A stretch of 64,000 nt of DNA from positions 456 to 64,455 of the forward strand of contig JAFQFP010000003.1 in the NCBI GenBank assembly GCA_017398625.1, given 5' to 3'. The translations under genes were made by a program, and so were the position numbers. Positions 51,201 through 60,815 of this stretch are shown piece by piece. The first letter of the stretch is position 1; every line of letters begins with the position of its first letter. The notes beneath the pieces are model-generated. The model did no database searches. It was not told the DNA's origin and saw only the letters and a program-made list of their open reading frames with translations. Origin of the DNA: Oscillospiraceae bacterium. Its GTDB lineage: Bacteria > Bacillota > Clostridia > Oscillospirales > Oscillospiraceae.

Positions 51201-52484
51201 TTAGTCCTCTAATCTCCAGATATGCTTATCTGCCCGGAAGATCAGGCATACACCGACTCCGGAAAGCCACAGTACCGCAAACAGGAACGCTGCACCGCTG
51301 CCTTTCCCTGAACCAAATAAACCAGCCAGAAAGCTTCCTATCCTCTGCGCTGCCATGATCGGTTCAAATACCTGATCCACCAGCAGTCCGCCGAGGAAGT
51401 ATCCTACCGGGATGGTAAAGAACTGAAAAGAGTTCCGGGCAGCAAAGACCCGCCCCTGAATTTCCACCGGGATATTCAACCGGTTGATAGCATCCAGATT
51501 TGCATTCATCCAAGGGATGGCGATCCAGCCCAGAGCTGCGCCAAAGCACCAGATCCATACATTGTTTCCGAAGGCAAGGAAGAAATTCTCCGTACACATG
51601 GAAAACATCAAGCAGCACCAAATTGTCTTGACCCGGCTTTTCGGTGTTTTCATAACAGAAGCCAGAATACTGCCTGCCAGCATGGTAATACCAACGACAG
51701 AATTGACAGTACCCATTGCTGCTTCCGAAGCCTTGGACAGCATCATGGCCGGGAATGCCGCATTATACATACTGGCTACCAGATTGATGGCAGCCAGAAA
51801 CAGAATCAGATGGAAGATGCCGGGATTGTGCTTCAGCCAGCGGATACCCTCTGCTGCGCTTTGCAGGACACTTTCCTGATTCTGTTCCGACTTGATCTTG
51901 GGAATGGGGATAAAAAACAGCAGAACTATAAATGCAATCAAAAAACTGATCAGATCGATGGCGATGACCGTATCGATTCCCCATAGGCCCATGATTGCCG
52001 TTGTGGTAATGGGGGTCAGAATGGAATTTAAGGAATTGGATAAGTATCGCAAGCCGCCCACCTTCTGATAGAACTTCCGGGGAAGGAGAGCTGTGGTTGC
52101 AACCTCGGATGCAGGCTGCTGGACCGTATTCATCAGTCCGGAAGCCGCATTGACGAGGTACAGATGCCAAATCCGCAGTGCATCATTTTTCAGCAGCAAC
52201 AGCACGATGAGCGTGCTGAGTGCTGCCAGGGCATCGCAGACCAGCATGGTTTTCTTCTTATCCCAACGGTCGCTGAGAGCACCGGCAAAGATGCTGCAGA
52301 TCACATAGGGGGCATAGGAACAGACCATCAGCAGCGCCGTCTGCAATGCAGATCCTTCCTGTGTATAGGACCAAATTACCAGCGCATAGGCGGTCATGGC
52401 GCTGCCAAGGCTGGAGATCATTTGTGTGAACCAAAGCAGCAGATAGCTGCGCATTTCTTTAAGATCGTTTCTATGGTTTTTCAT
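51201..52484 (-). CDS. MFS efflux transporter (DHA3/Mef-like)
   Basis: LW.TQ.IS.LGS.MT, GALSDRWDKK..M..CD, QGRVF; about 12 TM helices; AAGGAG RBS before ATG 52484. Confidence 0.9.
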   Translation of the reverse strand: MKNHRNDLKEMRSYLLLWFTQMISSLGSAMTAYALVIWSYTQEGSALQTALLMVCSYAPYVICSIFAGALSDRWDKKKTMLVCDALAALSTLIVLLLLKNDALRIWHLYLVNAASGLMNTVQQPASEVATTALLPRKFYQKVGGLRYLSNSLNSILTPITTTAIMGLWGIDTVIAIDLISFLIAFIVLLFFIPIPKIKSEQNQESVLQSAAEGIRWLKHNPGIFHLILFLAAINLVASMYNAAFPAMMLSKASEAAMGTVNSVVGITMLAGSILASVMKTPKSRVKTIWCCLMFSMCTENFFLAFGNNVWIWCFGAALGWIAIPWMNANLDAINRLNIPVEIQGRVFAARNSFQFFTIPVGYFLGGLLVDQVFEPIMAAQRIGSFLAGLFGSGKGSGAAFLFAVLWLSGVGVCLIFRADKHIWRLED

Positions 52485-52564
52485 TTTGACTTTGCTCCTT
52501 TTATATTTTTGTAATTCTACGAAAGCAAAGCCGAAGGCGTCATTATTTCTCCATGCTGCCCGCC

Positions 52565-52606
52565 TTATTCGGCCTTGCATGGAGCATTCGCAATGCAGAG
52601 CATCAT
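52565..52606 (-). other. 13-aa mini-ORF MMLCIANAPCKAE (candidate leader peptide) upstream of the MFS gene
   Basis: GGAGG RBS, ATG 52606, TAA 52567-52565; overlaps a CTCCATGC/GCATGGAG hairpin. Confidence 0.4.
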
Positions 52607-52704
52607 ATATAATTCCTCCGTATTCTTTTTCGATTGTCCGATATTATTTTGTTATCATGCCAAATGAATGTTTACTAACGAACTTTCCGCGTCTGCAATA
52701 ACCA

Positions 52705-53160
52705 TCATTTATATTTGCAGGTTCTGAATTTTTCTTCGATCCAGAAGGTGGCTTCGATGGTATGGAAATGAATCAGGCGGAATTTGGGATCGTCAAGGCC
52801 TTTCTTGAAAAACTTCCGGTCTGCTTCCTTCCAGATACTTTCCTGTGTTGCCCTGTCCTCGATGAATTCTACATTTCCGATCAGGGTCACAGAGTCCCCA
52901 CCGAGGAAATAGCAAACACTGGCCTTGGGATTGGTTTCAAAATGGGTAGCTTTTCCGTTAATGGCAGAGCGCTTGGAGGTTACGAAATAAATATCCGAAA
53001 ATCCGTCCGCCTTGGCAATGGACATCACGCAGGTTCGGGGATAACCCTTTTCGTTGATGGATGTGAGAGTTGCCACATTGCACTTTGCAATCAGTGCATT
53101 TGCTTTGGCTTCCAATTCTTTGATTCTCTCTTTCTGAATTTGACTTGCCGTTTTTTCCAT
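52705..53160 (-). CDS. Pyridoxamine 5'-phosphate oxidase-like (general stress protein 26) FMN-binding protein
   Basis: LTSINEKGYPR, NPKASVC, W....FF..G.DDP. Confidence 0.85.
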   Translation of the reverse strand: MEKTASQIQKERIKELEAKANALIAKCNVATLTSINEKGYPRTCVMSIAKADGFSDIYFVTSKRSAINGKATHFETNPKASVCYFLGGDSVTLIGNVEFIEDRATQESIWKEADRKFFKKGLDDPKFRLIHFHTIEATFWIEEKFRTCKYK

Positions 53161-53172
53161 AACATCATCCTC

Positions 53173-54156
53173 CTAAAACGCGGTCAGCAGCTTTGCTGTC
53201 AGCGTTTCCACATGCTCCTCCAGCCATCGGAGCAGTTTCGTGGAAAATACCGCCTGATGCAGATATATATGGCGGTTATCTGCGGTGGAAGCGTAATACT
53301 GCCCGTAGTAATCGCACACGGCGATCTGGCAATAAAACAGCCGTGCCATGCAGAGCAAATCGCATTCATTCAGGGGCGCAAACTTTCGATACTCTGCCAC
53401 ATATCGCAGGAATTCGTCCATGTCGATCTGCCCATCCTTACAGGAAGGTGCAGCATAGACATAGGAACGGACGATTTCCCATACTACTGGGTGGACACAT
53501 GCAGTGGTCCAGTCGATGACTGCGTTAATCTTTTCATCGCCACAGATGATCTGACTGATGAAATAATCGCCGTGGGTAGCACAGCAGGTCAGCTTTTCCA
53601 AGTCAAATTCGTATGCCGGGAAACGCCGCATCAGATCGATGCGATACTGTAGGTCTGCGATAATCTCTGTGTCATTTTGGCTTTCTGCGATGTTCAAGGA
53701 CTTTTGGTAGGACAACAATGCCCGGTCCGGGGTCATATACTTGAAGAAATTCGCTCCAATCCCAACAGTCAATCCCGGACAATCCCTTAATGCGGCATGG
53801 ATCTGACCCAGCATATGCGCCGATTCTGTCAGCAGCCAATCCGGAGCGGCATTCAGCTCAAACATCTTCCCTTCGATGAAGCGCTGGACATGGAACAGCC
53901 TGCCAGATTCATCCGTAGTCAGAAAATGACCTTCTTTGTTCCGAAGGAACTGACATACCGGAATGCCATGAGCAAGCAGGTATTCACACAGCTCCGGCTC
54001 CGCTTCCGGATGGTTGATCTCACTGGAAGCCGGGTATTTCACCACATATTTCCCATCAGCACAGGAAACGAAGTATGTATCGGAACCAGCGCCAACACCT
54101 GATTTTTCAATTTTTGTAGTTTCCAAGCCATAAAGATGTTTCAAACGTGTATTCAT
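53173..54156 (-). CDS. APH/choline kinase-like phosphotransferase
   Basis: LGQIH, HGDY, VIDW. Confidence 0.85.
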   Translation of the reverse strand: MNTRLKHLYGLETTKIEKSGVGAGSDTYFVSCADGKYVVKYPASSEINHPEAEPELCEYLLAHGIPVCQFLRNKEGHFLTTDESGRLFHVQRFIEGKMFELNAAPDWLLTESAHMLGQIHAALRDCPGLTVGIGANFFKYMTPDRALLSYQKSLNIAESQNDTEIIADLQYRIDLMRRFPAYEFDLEKLTCCATHGDYFISQIICGDEKINAVIDWTTACVHPVVWEIVRSYVYAAPSCKDGQIDMDEFLRYVAEYRKFAPLNECDLLCMARLFYCQIAVCDYYGQYYASTADNRHIYLHQAVFSTKLLRWLEEHVETLTAKLLTAF

Positions 54157-54157
54157 T

Positions 54158-54865
54158 TCATTTTTTCCTAACAATCATACCCACAAAATTGGTGTACAGT
54201 CTGATAATCTGCTCCCAGCAGGCAGCATCACCCTTGGCAAATTGATTGTCCATTACCAGCCAGTCCTGCCATGCCGCTTCGAAACAGTCCAGTTCAAAGA
54301 CTTCTACGGACACCATATCCGGATCCTCACCCAAGATCTTCTTCCATTGCCGGACACTGCGGAACATATACGCTTCCTTGCCAAGCCAGGGAAACAGCAG
54401 TTCGATGGTTTGCTCATCGTATTCTTCTTTGATCCCCGGCACACCAAGCAGGGCAACACCGCCACTTTTCAGAAAAGGCAGGATCTTCTCCTGAAAATAG
54501 CCTTCTTTTCCCGCAAAATAGTGGTAGGAATCGATGCTGACAATGGCATCGAAGCTTTCCTTCTCAAAGTTCAGGTTGTCCGCATTCTCGTGAACCGGTG
54601 TCACGCAATCTCCCACACCCCATGTGGCAAACCGGGCAGCGTTTTCCTCTCCACTGATCCAGAGATCATTTGCCAGAACCTTTGCGCCGGTTTCCCTGCA
54701 CAGAGCAAAGCTAGTCAAGCCCGTGCCGCAGCCAAGATCCAGAATCAGGCTGTCCGCGCCCAAAGATTTTGGATTCTTATCCAACAGTTCCTTAAGAACC
54801 CGCAGGCTGTTGGGGCCCATGAGATAGTCCTTCGTAAAATAGGGTCTGTAAAATTCCAGATTCAT
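54158..54865 (-). CDS. Class I SAM-dependent methyltransferase
   Basis: MGPNS, LDLGCGTG, FDAIVSIDSYHYF. Confidence 0.9.
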   Translation of the reverse strand: MNLEFYRPYFTKDYLMGPNSLRVLKELLDKNPKSLGADSLILDLGCGTGLTSFALCRETGAKVLANDLWISGEENAARFATWGVGDCVTPVHENADNLNFEKESFDAIVSIDSYHYFAGKEGYFQEKILPFLKSGGVALLGVPGIKEEYDEQTIELLFPWLGKEAYMFRSVRQWKKILGEDPDMVSVEVFELDCFEAAWQDWLVMDNQFAKGDAACWEQIIRLYTNFVGMIVRKK

Positions 54866-54879
54866 TTGATCATTTCCTT

Positions 54880-55284
54880 TCATTTTCGGGCAAAGGGCCG
54901 GTTGAAGGAGCCAATTTCGATAAGATTTCCTTCCGGGTCAGCAATGTAGCAGGTTCTTTGACCCCAGCATTCCGTCTCCGGTGCTAGGACGGAAATCGCG
55001 CCCTTGGCAATCGCATCGGCATAGGCTTTGTCCACCTCTTCAAAGGTGTCCACATACAGAGCAATCTCGAAATGGCCGTTGAGCCCCTTGATGTACTCGT
55101 ACCGGCGGCTGGTCATGTTTTCAAAATCCTTCCTTCCATACAGAAGGAACAGCGTTCCGTCCTTGACAAGATACACATTGCCGGCATCTTCGCTCTCTCG
55201 AATCTCAAAGCCCAGCACATCCCGGTAAAAACGGATCATACGGCCCATATCCTCTACAAACAATCCAAATCCATCCAGCTTCAT
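54880..55284 (-). CDS. VOC/glyoxalase-family protein, copy 1
   Basis: FYRDVLGF, WGQRTCYIADPEGNLIEI. Confidence 0.92.
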   Translation of the reverse strand: MKLDGFGLFVEDMGRMIRFYRDVLGFEIRESEDAGNVYLVKDGTLFLLYGRKDFENMTSRRYEYIKGLNGHFEIALYVDTFEEVDKAYADAIAKGAISVLAPETECWGQRTCYIADPEGNLIEIGSFNRPFARK

Positions 55285-55302
55285 TTGATTACCTTCGTTG
55301 TT

Positions 55303-56235
55303 TCACTTTCGTATCATTTTGAACATTCCAGCCCCATCCCAGTCGCAGGGGCGCTGATCAAATCCAAATCTTTCGTAAAAGGGTTCTCTGCCCTTGGAAC
55401 TGATCAGTTCCAGACTGACTGCCCATCCGTTGGGAATGTGGGACATAATGTATTCTTCAATTGCAGTCATCAGCAGACTCCCAACACCTTTTCCCTGATA
55501 CTCCGGACGAACCGCAAAATCCTTGATATAAAAGGACATGCCGCCGTCACCCAATAGCCGCGCCATCCCCACAGGCTGTTCGCCGTCGTAGGCGCAGAAG
55601 GTGGCAAAGCTATGCTCCAGCGCCATTGTGATCTGGTCAAGGTCCGGTGCTTCCCAGCCTACGGACCGGTACAGCTCCAGAAACAGTTCTGGATATAAGG
55701 TGTTGATTTTTACATTCATTGTGTTGGTTCTCAAAATTGGGCATACCATCTGAATATCATATGGCTCCGCCTCTGCAATCTCTGGGATCGGATCATCGGT
55801 GGGTACAGCACCCATGGCTTTATAGAAGTTCACCGTTTCCTCCGAACAGCAGGCAGAGATGTACAGCTCCTTCGCACCGGCTCTTTTTGCCTCCGCAACG
55901 GCCAGAGTAAATAGCTGCCTACCGATTCCTTGCCCCCGGAAAGCCCGATCAACCTGGATGATGTCCAGCACCATTCGGCATCCAATCAATGCTTTCATCA
56001 CGCTGACAAATCCGATGACTTTTTCGTTCTCCCATACCGCATATGCGATACAGTCATCGGATTTCAAGTTGGTAGCAACTTTCCGCTTATGCTTTAGGCT
56101 CCAGTCCATGGTCCATATCTGATCTTTCAGGCGAAGACTGCCGCTGTCATTGATATAGACACGCTTAACTTCCTGAGAGCGGTCAAAATCATCCAGATTT
56201 ATAAAGTGCGTTTCCCTTATCTTCTCAAACTTCAT
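55303..56235 (-). CDS. Tandem double GNAT acetyltransferase (apparent in-frame fusion)
   Basis: Two acetyl-CoA motifs (RGQGIG, YQGKGVG); second domain starts at internal MNVKINTL (about 55718). Confidence 0.85.
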   Translation of the reverse strand: MKFEKIRETHFINLDDFDRSQEVKRVYINDSGSLRLKDQIWTMDWSLKHKRKVATNLKSDDCIAYAVWENEKVIGFVSVMKALIGCRMVLDIIQVDRAFRGQGIGRQLFTLAVAEAKRAGAKELYISACCSEETVNFYKAMGAVPTDDPIPEIAEAEPYDIQMVCPILRTNTMNVKINTLYPELFLELYRSVGWEAPDLDQITMALEHSFATFCAYDGEQPVGMARLLGDGGMSFYIKDFAVRPEYQGKGVGSLLMTAIEEYIMSHIPNGWAVSLELISSKGREPFYERFGFDQRPCDWDGAGMFKMIRK

Positions 56236-56253
56236 TCGATATGCCCTCTGTCG

Positions 56254-57231
56254 TTAACGATCCATCGTACTTTCCAAATAGCGCAGTTTACTCCGCAGCC
56301 GCTTTACCAGATGTTCCATCCATTCCGGCGGATCTGCGACCGGTTCCGACAGGCAGTGACGGAGCCGAGCATAGGAATATAGATTGATAAATCTGCGCAT
56401 CAGAGGCATGGATGCTTCCATTTCCTCCGTAAAGGCATGGTGCGTCCGATAGCCTTTCAGAAACTGTTCCTTCGCTTTTTGCAGTGCGTCCCCTTCAAAG
56501 AATTCCGTCAGGCAGTCAAAGACCTGCTCCACATCCAGCGCAAACCAGTGGTACATTCCATCATCAAAATCAATGACGCTGCACTGATGATTTTTAACAT
56601 CCCAAAATACGTTGTCCGGTTCGAAATCATAATGAACAAGGCCAAAGTTTTCTTCCGTTTTGGGAAGCAGCTTCAACAAATCGGATACTATGCCCAATTC
56701 CCGGCGCACCGGCTCCGGAACATCTTCTGCAGCAAATTCCTCATACATGACTTCAAGCACATCCGCATAGGAGGATTTTTTAACGGATGGAGTAAAGCTC
56801 TGTGACAGGCTGTGCAGCCGTCCAAGGGCAGCACCGTATTCGTACAGCACCGCATCGTCCATTTCTACATCCTCCAACGGTTTCCCTGCAACGCGCCGGA
56901 AGGCACAGGCATAGTATCTGCCCCAAGGGGTATCCATAGAAAAGCAGTAAGTACCATCCCTTGCCGGAATCGGCTCCATGGCAGGATAGCCGCAGGAACG
57001 CAGATACCGGATAAACTCGATTTCTCCCTGAATATCATGAAAATTCTTCTCTTCCGCAGGCGCGAGACGAAGGAAGCAAAGTTCACCGCCGCAGAAGAAA
57101 GGATACACCGCATTGGCGGAAATACGGAACCATGAAAGGGCTTCGTCCAACCGTTCCATATCGTGCTTGTAATTCTGCAATACATATTTTGCAAGCTCAA
57201 AATTCTCGAACATATACTTTAGCTTCAGCAT
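56254..57231 (-). CDS. APH/choline kinase-like phosphotransferase
   Basis: LGRLH, FGLVHYDFEPDN, IDFDD. Confidence 0.87.
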   Translation of the reverse strand: MLKLKYMFENFELAKYVLQNYKHDMERLDEALSWFRISANAVYPFFCGGELCFLRLAPAEEKNFHDIQGEIEFIRYLRSCGYPAMEPIPARDGTYCFSMDTPWGRYYACAFRRVAGKPLEDVEMDDAVLYEYGAALGRLHSLSQSFTPSVKKSSYADVLEVMYEEFAAEDVPEPVRRELGIVSDLLKLLPKTEENFGLVHYDFEPDNVFWDVKNHQCSVIDFDDGMYHWFALDVEQVFDCLTEFFEGDALQKAKEQFLKGYRTHHAFTEEMEASMPLMRRFINLYSYARLRHCLSEPVADPPEWMEHLVKRLRSKLRYLESTMDR

Positions 57232-57241
57232 ATTCTGGTTC

Positions 57242-57481
57242 TCATTTCTCCTTCCGAATACACATGCCAATTGCCATGCCGACTAACATACCAAGGGACA
57301 GCCCGTTACCGCCCAAGGCAGCACCCACACACATCCCAAGGCACATACCTTCGGTCATGTAGTTACCGTATTCCTTGTCGCTGTCTTTTGCGTTCTTTGC
57401 CGCACTGTGGTTCGCCGCAAACAGGGCAATTGCGATACCAATACAAATCCATGGCAATGCAGCCATCATAAATTCTTTCAT
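57242..57481 (-). CDS. Small Gly-rich membrane protein
   Basis: ALPWICIGIAIA, EGMCLGMCVG, GMLVGMAIG; AAGGA RBS. Confidence 0.75.
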   Translation of the reverse strand: MKEFMMAALPWICIGIAIALFAANHSAAKNAKDSDKEYGNYMTEGMCLGMCVGAALGGNGLSLGMLVGMAIGMCIRKEK

Positions 57482-57492
57482 GCTATTTCCTT

Positions 57493-58062
57493 TCAGGGAC
57501 AGGGAACATTCAGCAAAGCTTTTACCATCCATGCCATATTCCGTCCCAGGTTGTATGCGATTTGCATCCCCTCTGTATCGTCCCGGACTTCATCGGGTGT
57601 ATTTCCATGGACCATGCACCAGTAGCTGGAGGATACCAGCGGCTGTTCGTTCACCATCGGATACTTATGCAGTACCTCCAGTGCAGCAGTGGTTCCAGCC
57701 CGGCGGGCAGACACGATGCAGCCGCAGGGCTTGTACATCAAGCTGTTCCCGTGGGCGGCATACAGCCTGTCTAAGAAAGAAATCAGACTGCCACTGGGGG
57801 AAGCAAAGTACACAGGAGAGCCTATAATCATACCGTCGGCAACTTTTAATTTTTCTGCAATTTCGTTTACCCCATCATCGATTACACATTTTCCTAACTT
57901 CCGGCAGGCGAAGCAGCCCCTACAGCCGGCGATACCATGGGTTCCGATGTGTATGATTTCCGCGTCCGCCCCATGGTCATTCAAACCTCCGGCAACCTCA
58001 AAAAGAGCCGTGTATGTACACCCCCGCTCATGGGGACTGCCGTTGATCAGGATCACTTTCAT
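57493..58062 (-). CDS. Flavodoxin-like iron-sulfur flavoprotein (NADPH-dependent FMN reductase family)
   Basis: INGSP...G.T, GCRGCFACRKLGKC, GSPVYF. Confidence 0.9.
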   Translation of the reverse strand: MKVILINGSPHERGCTYTALFEVAGGLNDHGADAEIIHIGTHGIAGCRGCFACRKLGKCVIDDGVNEIAEKLKVADGMIIGSPVYFASPSGSLISFLDRLYAAHGNSLMYKPCGCIVSARRAGTTAALEVLHKYPMVNEQPLVSSSYWCMVHGNTPDEVRDDTEGMQIAYNLGRNMAWMVKALLNVPCP

Positions 58063-58065
58063 ATT

Positions 58066-58503
58066 TTACATCTCCTTGCACAGAAACAGTACATGCTCGC
58101 AATCTATAAACCCCAGCTTTTTATAAAACTGCCGCGCAGGCGCATAGCGGTTTGTAGAGAGCGTAATGCCTGCCAGCGAATTTTCCTGCACATACTGCTC
58201 CACGCGCTTTATAAGCATGGCACCGTAGCCCCTGCCCTGATGCGACTGCTTCACGAACAGCTCCTCAACATACACCTCGCTGCCTGACCACCACACTTTT
58301 TCCCGAGCTAGAAGTCCGCCAAGGATCGCACCATCTTCTTCGATGACATAGCCAAGGAATTTCGGCATATTGAAAATATCTGACAGGTATTCCATTGCCG
58401 TGGCTTGTTCCCAACGGTTCTGCCACAGATCATTGTTGTATACACTGCACAGGATACCGGCGCAGGCGGCAATATCGCCTGATTTCATTTCTCTTACCTG
58501 CAT
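58066..58503 (-). CDS. GNAT acetyltransferase
   Basis: EELFV, HQGRGYG, FYKKLGF. Confidence 0.9.
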   Translation of the reverse strand: MQVREMKSGDIAACAGILCSVYNNDLWQNRWEQATAMEYLSDIFNMPKFLGYVIEEDGAILGGLLAREKVWWSGSEVYVEELFVKQSHQGRGYGAMLIKRVEQYVQENSLAGITLSTNRYAPARQFYKKLGFIDCEHVLFLCKEM

Positions 58504-58508
58504 AGCCT

Positions 58509-59174
58509 TCACTCCAGTCCAAAATGTACTGCCAGAGCAGCAAGGGTCTGCTGCCTTGTATCTGTTTGTATATCTTCTCTTATCAATGTAAAGAATCCGC
58601 TGTTTGCAAAGGCATTGTAATGCTCCGGGCTGTTTACCCTGGCGATGCAGGCTCTGAAATTGGCAAGAGTCTTTTTCGGGTCGGGGCAGCTGCGGATCAC
58701 CGACAGCAAAAACTGCTTTTCGGGATCGCCGCGGTCAAAAAACTTATCCACCGACATAGACTGGGGCGACAGCATGACCGCAACGCGGCTGTAATCCGAT
58801 ATTTCCCGGAGCACATCACAGGAAATGTTGGTGTCCACGATCACTTTCCCATGGGCAGACAGCCGGATCAGCTCCGCGATCTCAAACCCGGTCACTTCCT
58901 CCACCGTTCCCAGATACCAGCGCTCATATTCCTCCGGTCTGCGGCTCACATAGGCCTGCCAGTCGATCTTATTGTTAAAGTAATTCAGATTCGGCTGCGC
59001 CTCCTGGGTAACCACCGACAAGACTTGATCCATATTGTAGTTTTCTTCGCAGTGGATCATGCCGTATTTTTCCGCCAGCATGGCACACATGGTGGATTTT
59101 CCCGCATAGACCGTTCCGGTGATGAAGTAGCAGTTTTTCAGGTAATGTTTGAGAATATTATTTTGAATTTCCAT
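58509..59174 (-). CDS. P-loop NTPase/kinase-like protein
   Basis: YFITGTVYAGKST Walker A; nucleoside-kinase-like length. Confidence 0.8.
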   Translation of the reverse strand: MEIQNNILKHYLKNCYFITGTVYAGKSTMCAMLAEKYGMIHCEENYNMDQVLSVVTQEAQPNLNYFNNKIDWQAYVSRRPEEYERWYLGTVEEVTGFEIAELIRLSAHGKVIVDTNISCDVLREISDYSRVAVMLSPQSMSVDKFFDRGDPEKQFLLSVIRSCPDPKKTLANFRACIARVNSPEHYNAFANSGFFTLIREDIQTDTRQQTLAALAVHFGLE

Positions 59175-59229
59175 TTTGTTCCTTATAGCCGCCACCCGTT
59201 GGCGCAATGCATATACTTTCCGCAGTTTT

Positions 59230-59631
59230 TTACCGCAAAAACGGTCTGTTAAAGGAGCCGATCTCGATCAGATTTCCCTCCGGGTCAGAAATGTAGCAGG
59301 TTCGCTGACCCCACGGCTCTGTGGTGGGCGCCAGCACAGAGCCGGCACCGGCGGCTATGGCTTTACGGTACTCTTCATCCTCTTCCTCAAAGGTATCCAC
59401 ATACAGGGCAATCTCAAAATGACCGTTCAACCCTTGGAGATATTCATATTTCCGTCTGGTCATGTTCTCAAAATCCTTTCTGCCATATAGCAGGAAAAGC
59501 GTTCCATCCTTTACGAGATACACATTGGATGTATTTTCACCCTCCTTGATCTCAAAGCCCAATACATCCCTGTAAAAGCGGATCATCGCCGCCATATCGT
59601 TTACAAACAATCCGAATCCATCCAGTTTCAT
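59230..59631 (-). CDS. VOC/glyoxalase-family protein, copy 2
   Basis: About 110/133 identical residues (hand count) with 54880-55284. Confidence 0.92.
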   Translation of the reverse strand: MKLDGFGLFVNDMAAMIRFYRDVLGFEIKEGENTSNVYLVKDGTLFLLYGRKDFENMTRRKYEYLQGLNGHFEIALYVDTFEEEDEEYRKAIAAGAGSVLAPTTEPWGQRTCYISDPEGNLIEIGSFNRPFLR

Positions 59632-59646
59632 TTTGGTTCCTCCTGA

Positions 59647-60174
59647 TTATTTTAGTGGGAATTCCAGTTGTATGTCTCTGGGGTCTTCTGCCTGAAGTGT
59701 CTGGTTTGGCTCCGCAGCTGCCCTGCAGCCCAGCTTTCCATAAAAAGCGATGGTGTTCTCCGAAGAACCGGCACAGAGATAGATTTTCTTTGCACCAATA
59801 CTACGAGCCCGCTCCGCGCATAAAACAAACAGAGCCTTGCCGATACCCCGTCCACGATAAGGATTTGAAACGAAAAGCTGATCCAGCAGCACATAACCCT
59901 GTTGCCCGAAAACACTGCCTTCCACGGTAGCATAACCTACCAGCATACCGCCATCAAAGCAGCCAAAGGCTGTGCCGCCATTGGCAAGGGTATTTCGGAA
60001 GTGCCGCAAATGCCATGCATACCCATTGGGCAGTTCCCGGTCTGTCCAGTTGATTTCGGTAAGCTGATACTCCCCCGAGCCATCCCTGCGCCAGACATTC
60101 TTTATAAAATTGGTGGCATCGATCTCAGCGATCCGTTCCGCTTCCTCAACCTGAAGCGTTCTGTATTGCAGCAT
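59647..60174 (-). CDS. GNAT acetyltransferase
   Basis: YRGRGIG, IYLCAGSSENTIAFY, EDPRDIQLE. Confidence 0.9.
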   Translation of the reverse strand: MLQYRTLQVEEAERIAEIDATNFIKNVWRRDGSGEYQLTEINWTDRELPNGYAWHLRHFRNTLANGGTAFGCFDGGMLVGYATVEGSVFGQQGYVLLDQLFVSNPYRGRGIGKALFVLCAERARSIGAKKIYLCAGSSENTIAFYGKLGCRAAAEPNQTLQAEDPRDIQLEFPLK

Positions 60175-60190
60175 AGGGGATTCTCCTTAA

Positions 60191-60808
60191 TTATTTCTCC
60201 ATCTTGGGAACAGGCGTGGGCATATTCATTCTGCCGGATTTGGCATAGAATAGCATGGCCATAAAATCCTGTCCCAACATTTGGATGATCTCCTCCTGAG
60301 AGAACCGGCACATGCCGGTGGCACACAGAGCGCCAATGCCGAAAGTATAGATCCAGACGTGTTCAAAAAGTGCCTTGGCATCTTTTTCGGAAAGGCTGTA
60401 ATCCCGCTGAATCACATCCACGCAAAGCTGTGCCACATCGCCCAGCCGCTCTACAATGCCCTCAAAATTCGTGGCACCGGCATTTTCCGACATATACACC
60501 AACTGATACAGCTTCGGCTCCTCCATGGCGAAGAGGATCATCTGCATACCCACCTGCTTAAAAACCGGAGTATAGTGCATGGCTTTCTCGGCATAACCTT
60601 CAAACCGTTTCAAGGCAGCAGAGCGAACCTCCCCCTGCACTTCCTCCATGGAATTGAATACCGTAAAAATCGGACGGGCGGAGCTGCCCAGTCTGGCACC
60701 CAGCTCCCGGGCGGTCAATGCCTCGATTCCCTTTTTGCTGACCAGCTCCAGTGCGGCAGCAACGATTTCCTCTTTTGTAAACTTCGGCTTGGGAGGCATA
60801 TGCATCAT
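60191..60808 (-). CDS. TetR/AcrR-family regulator
   Basis: MPPKPKFTKEEIV...LTARELG..LG.S..PIF. Confidence 0.92.
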   Translation of the reverse strand: MMHMPPKPKFTKEEIVAAALELVSKKGIEALTARELGARLGSSARPIFTVFNSMEEVQGEVRSAALKRFEGYAEKAMHYTPVFKQVGMQMILFAMEEPKLYQLVYMSENAGATNFEGIVERLGDVAQLCVDVIQRDYSLSEKDAKALFEHVWIYTFGIGALCATGMCRFSQEEIIQMLGQDFMAMLFYAKSGRMNMPTPVPKMEK

Positions 60809-60815
60809 CCTTTCT

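Noticed and set aside
53173-57231. Calling the phosphotransferases, GNATs or MFS pump antibiotic-resistance genes
   Set aside because: Only superfamily-level motifs are visible; no identity to characterised resistance genes can be established here.
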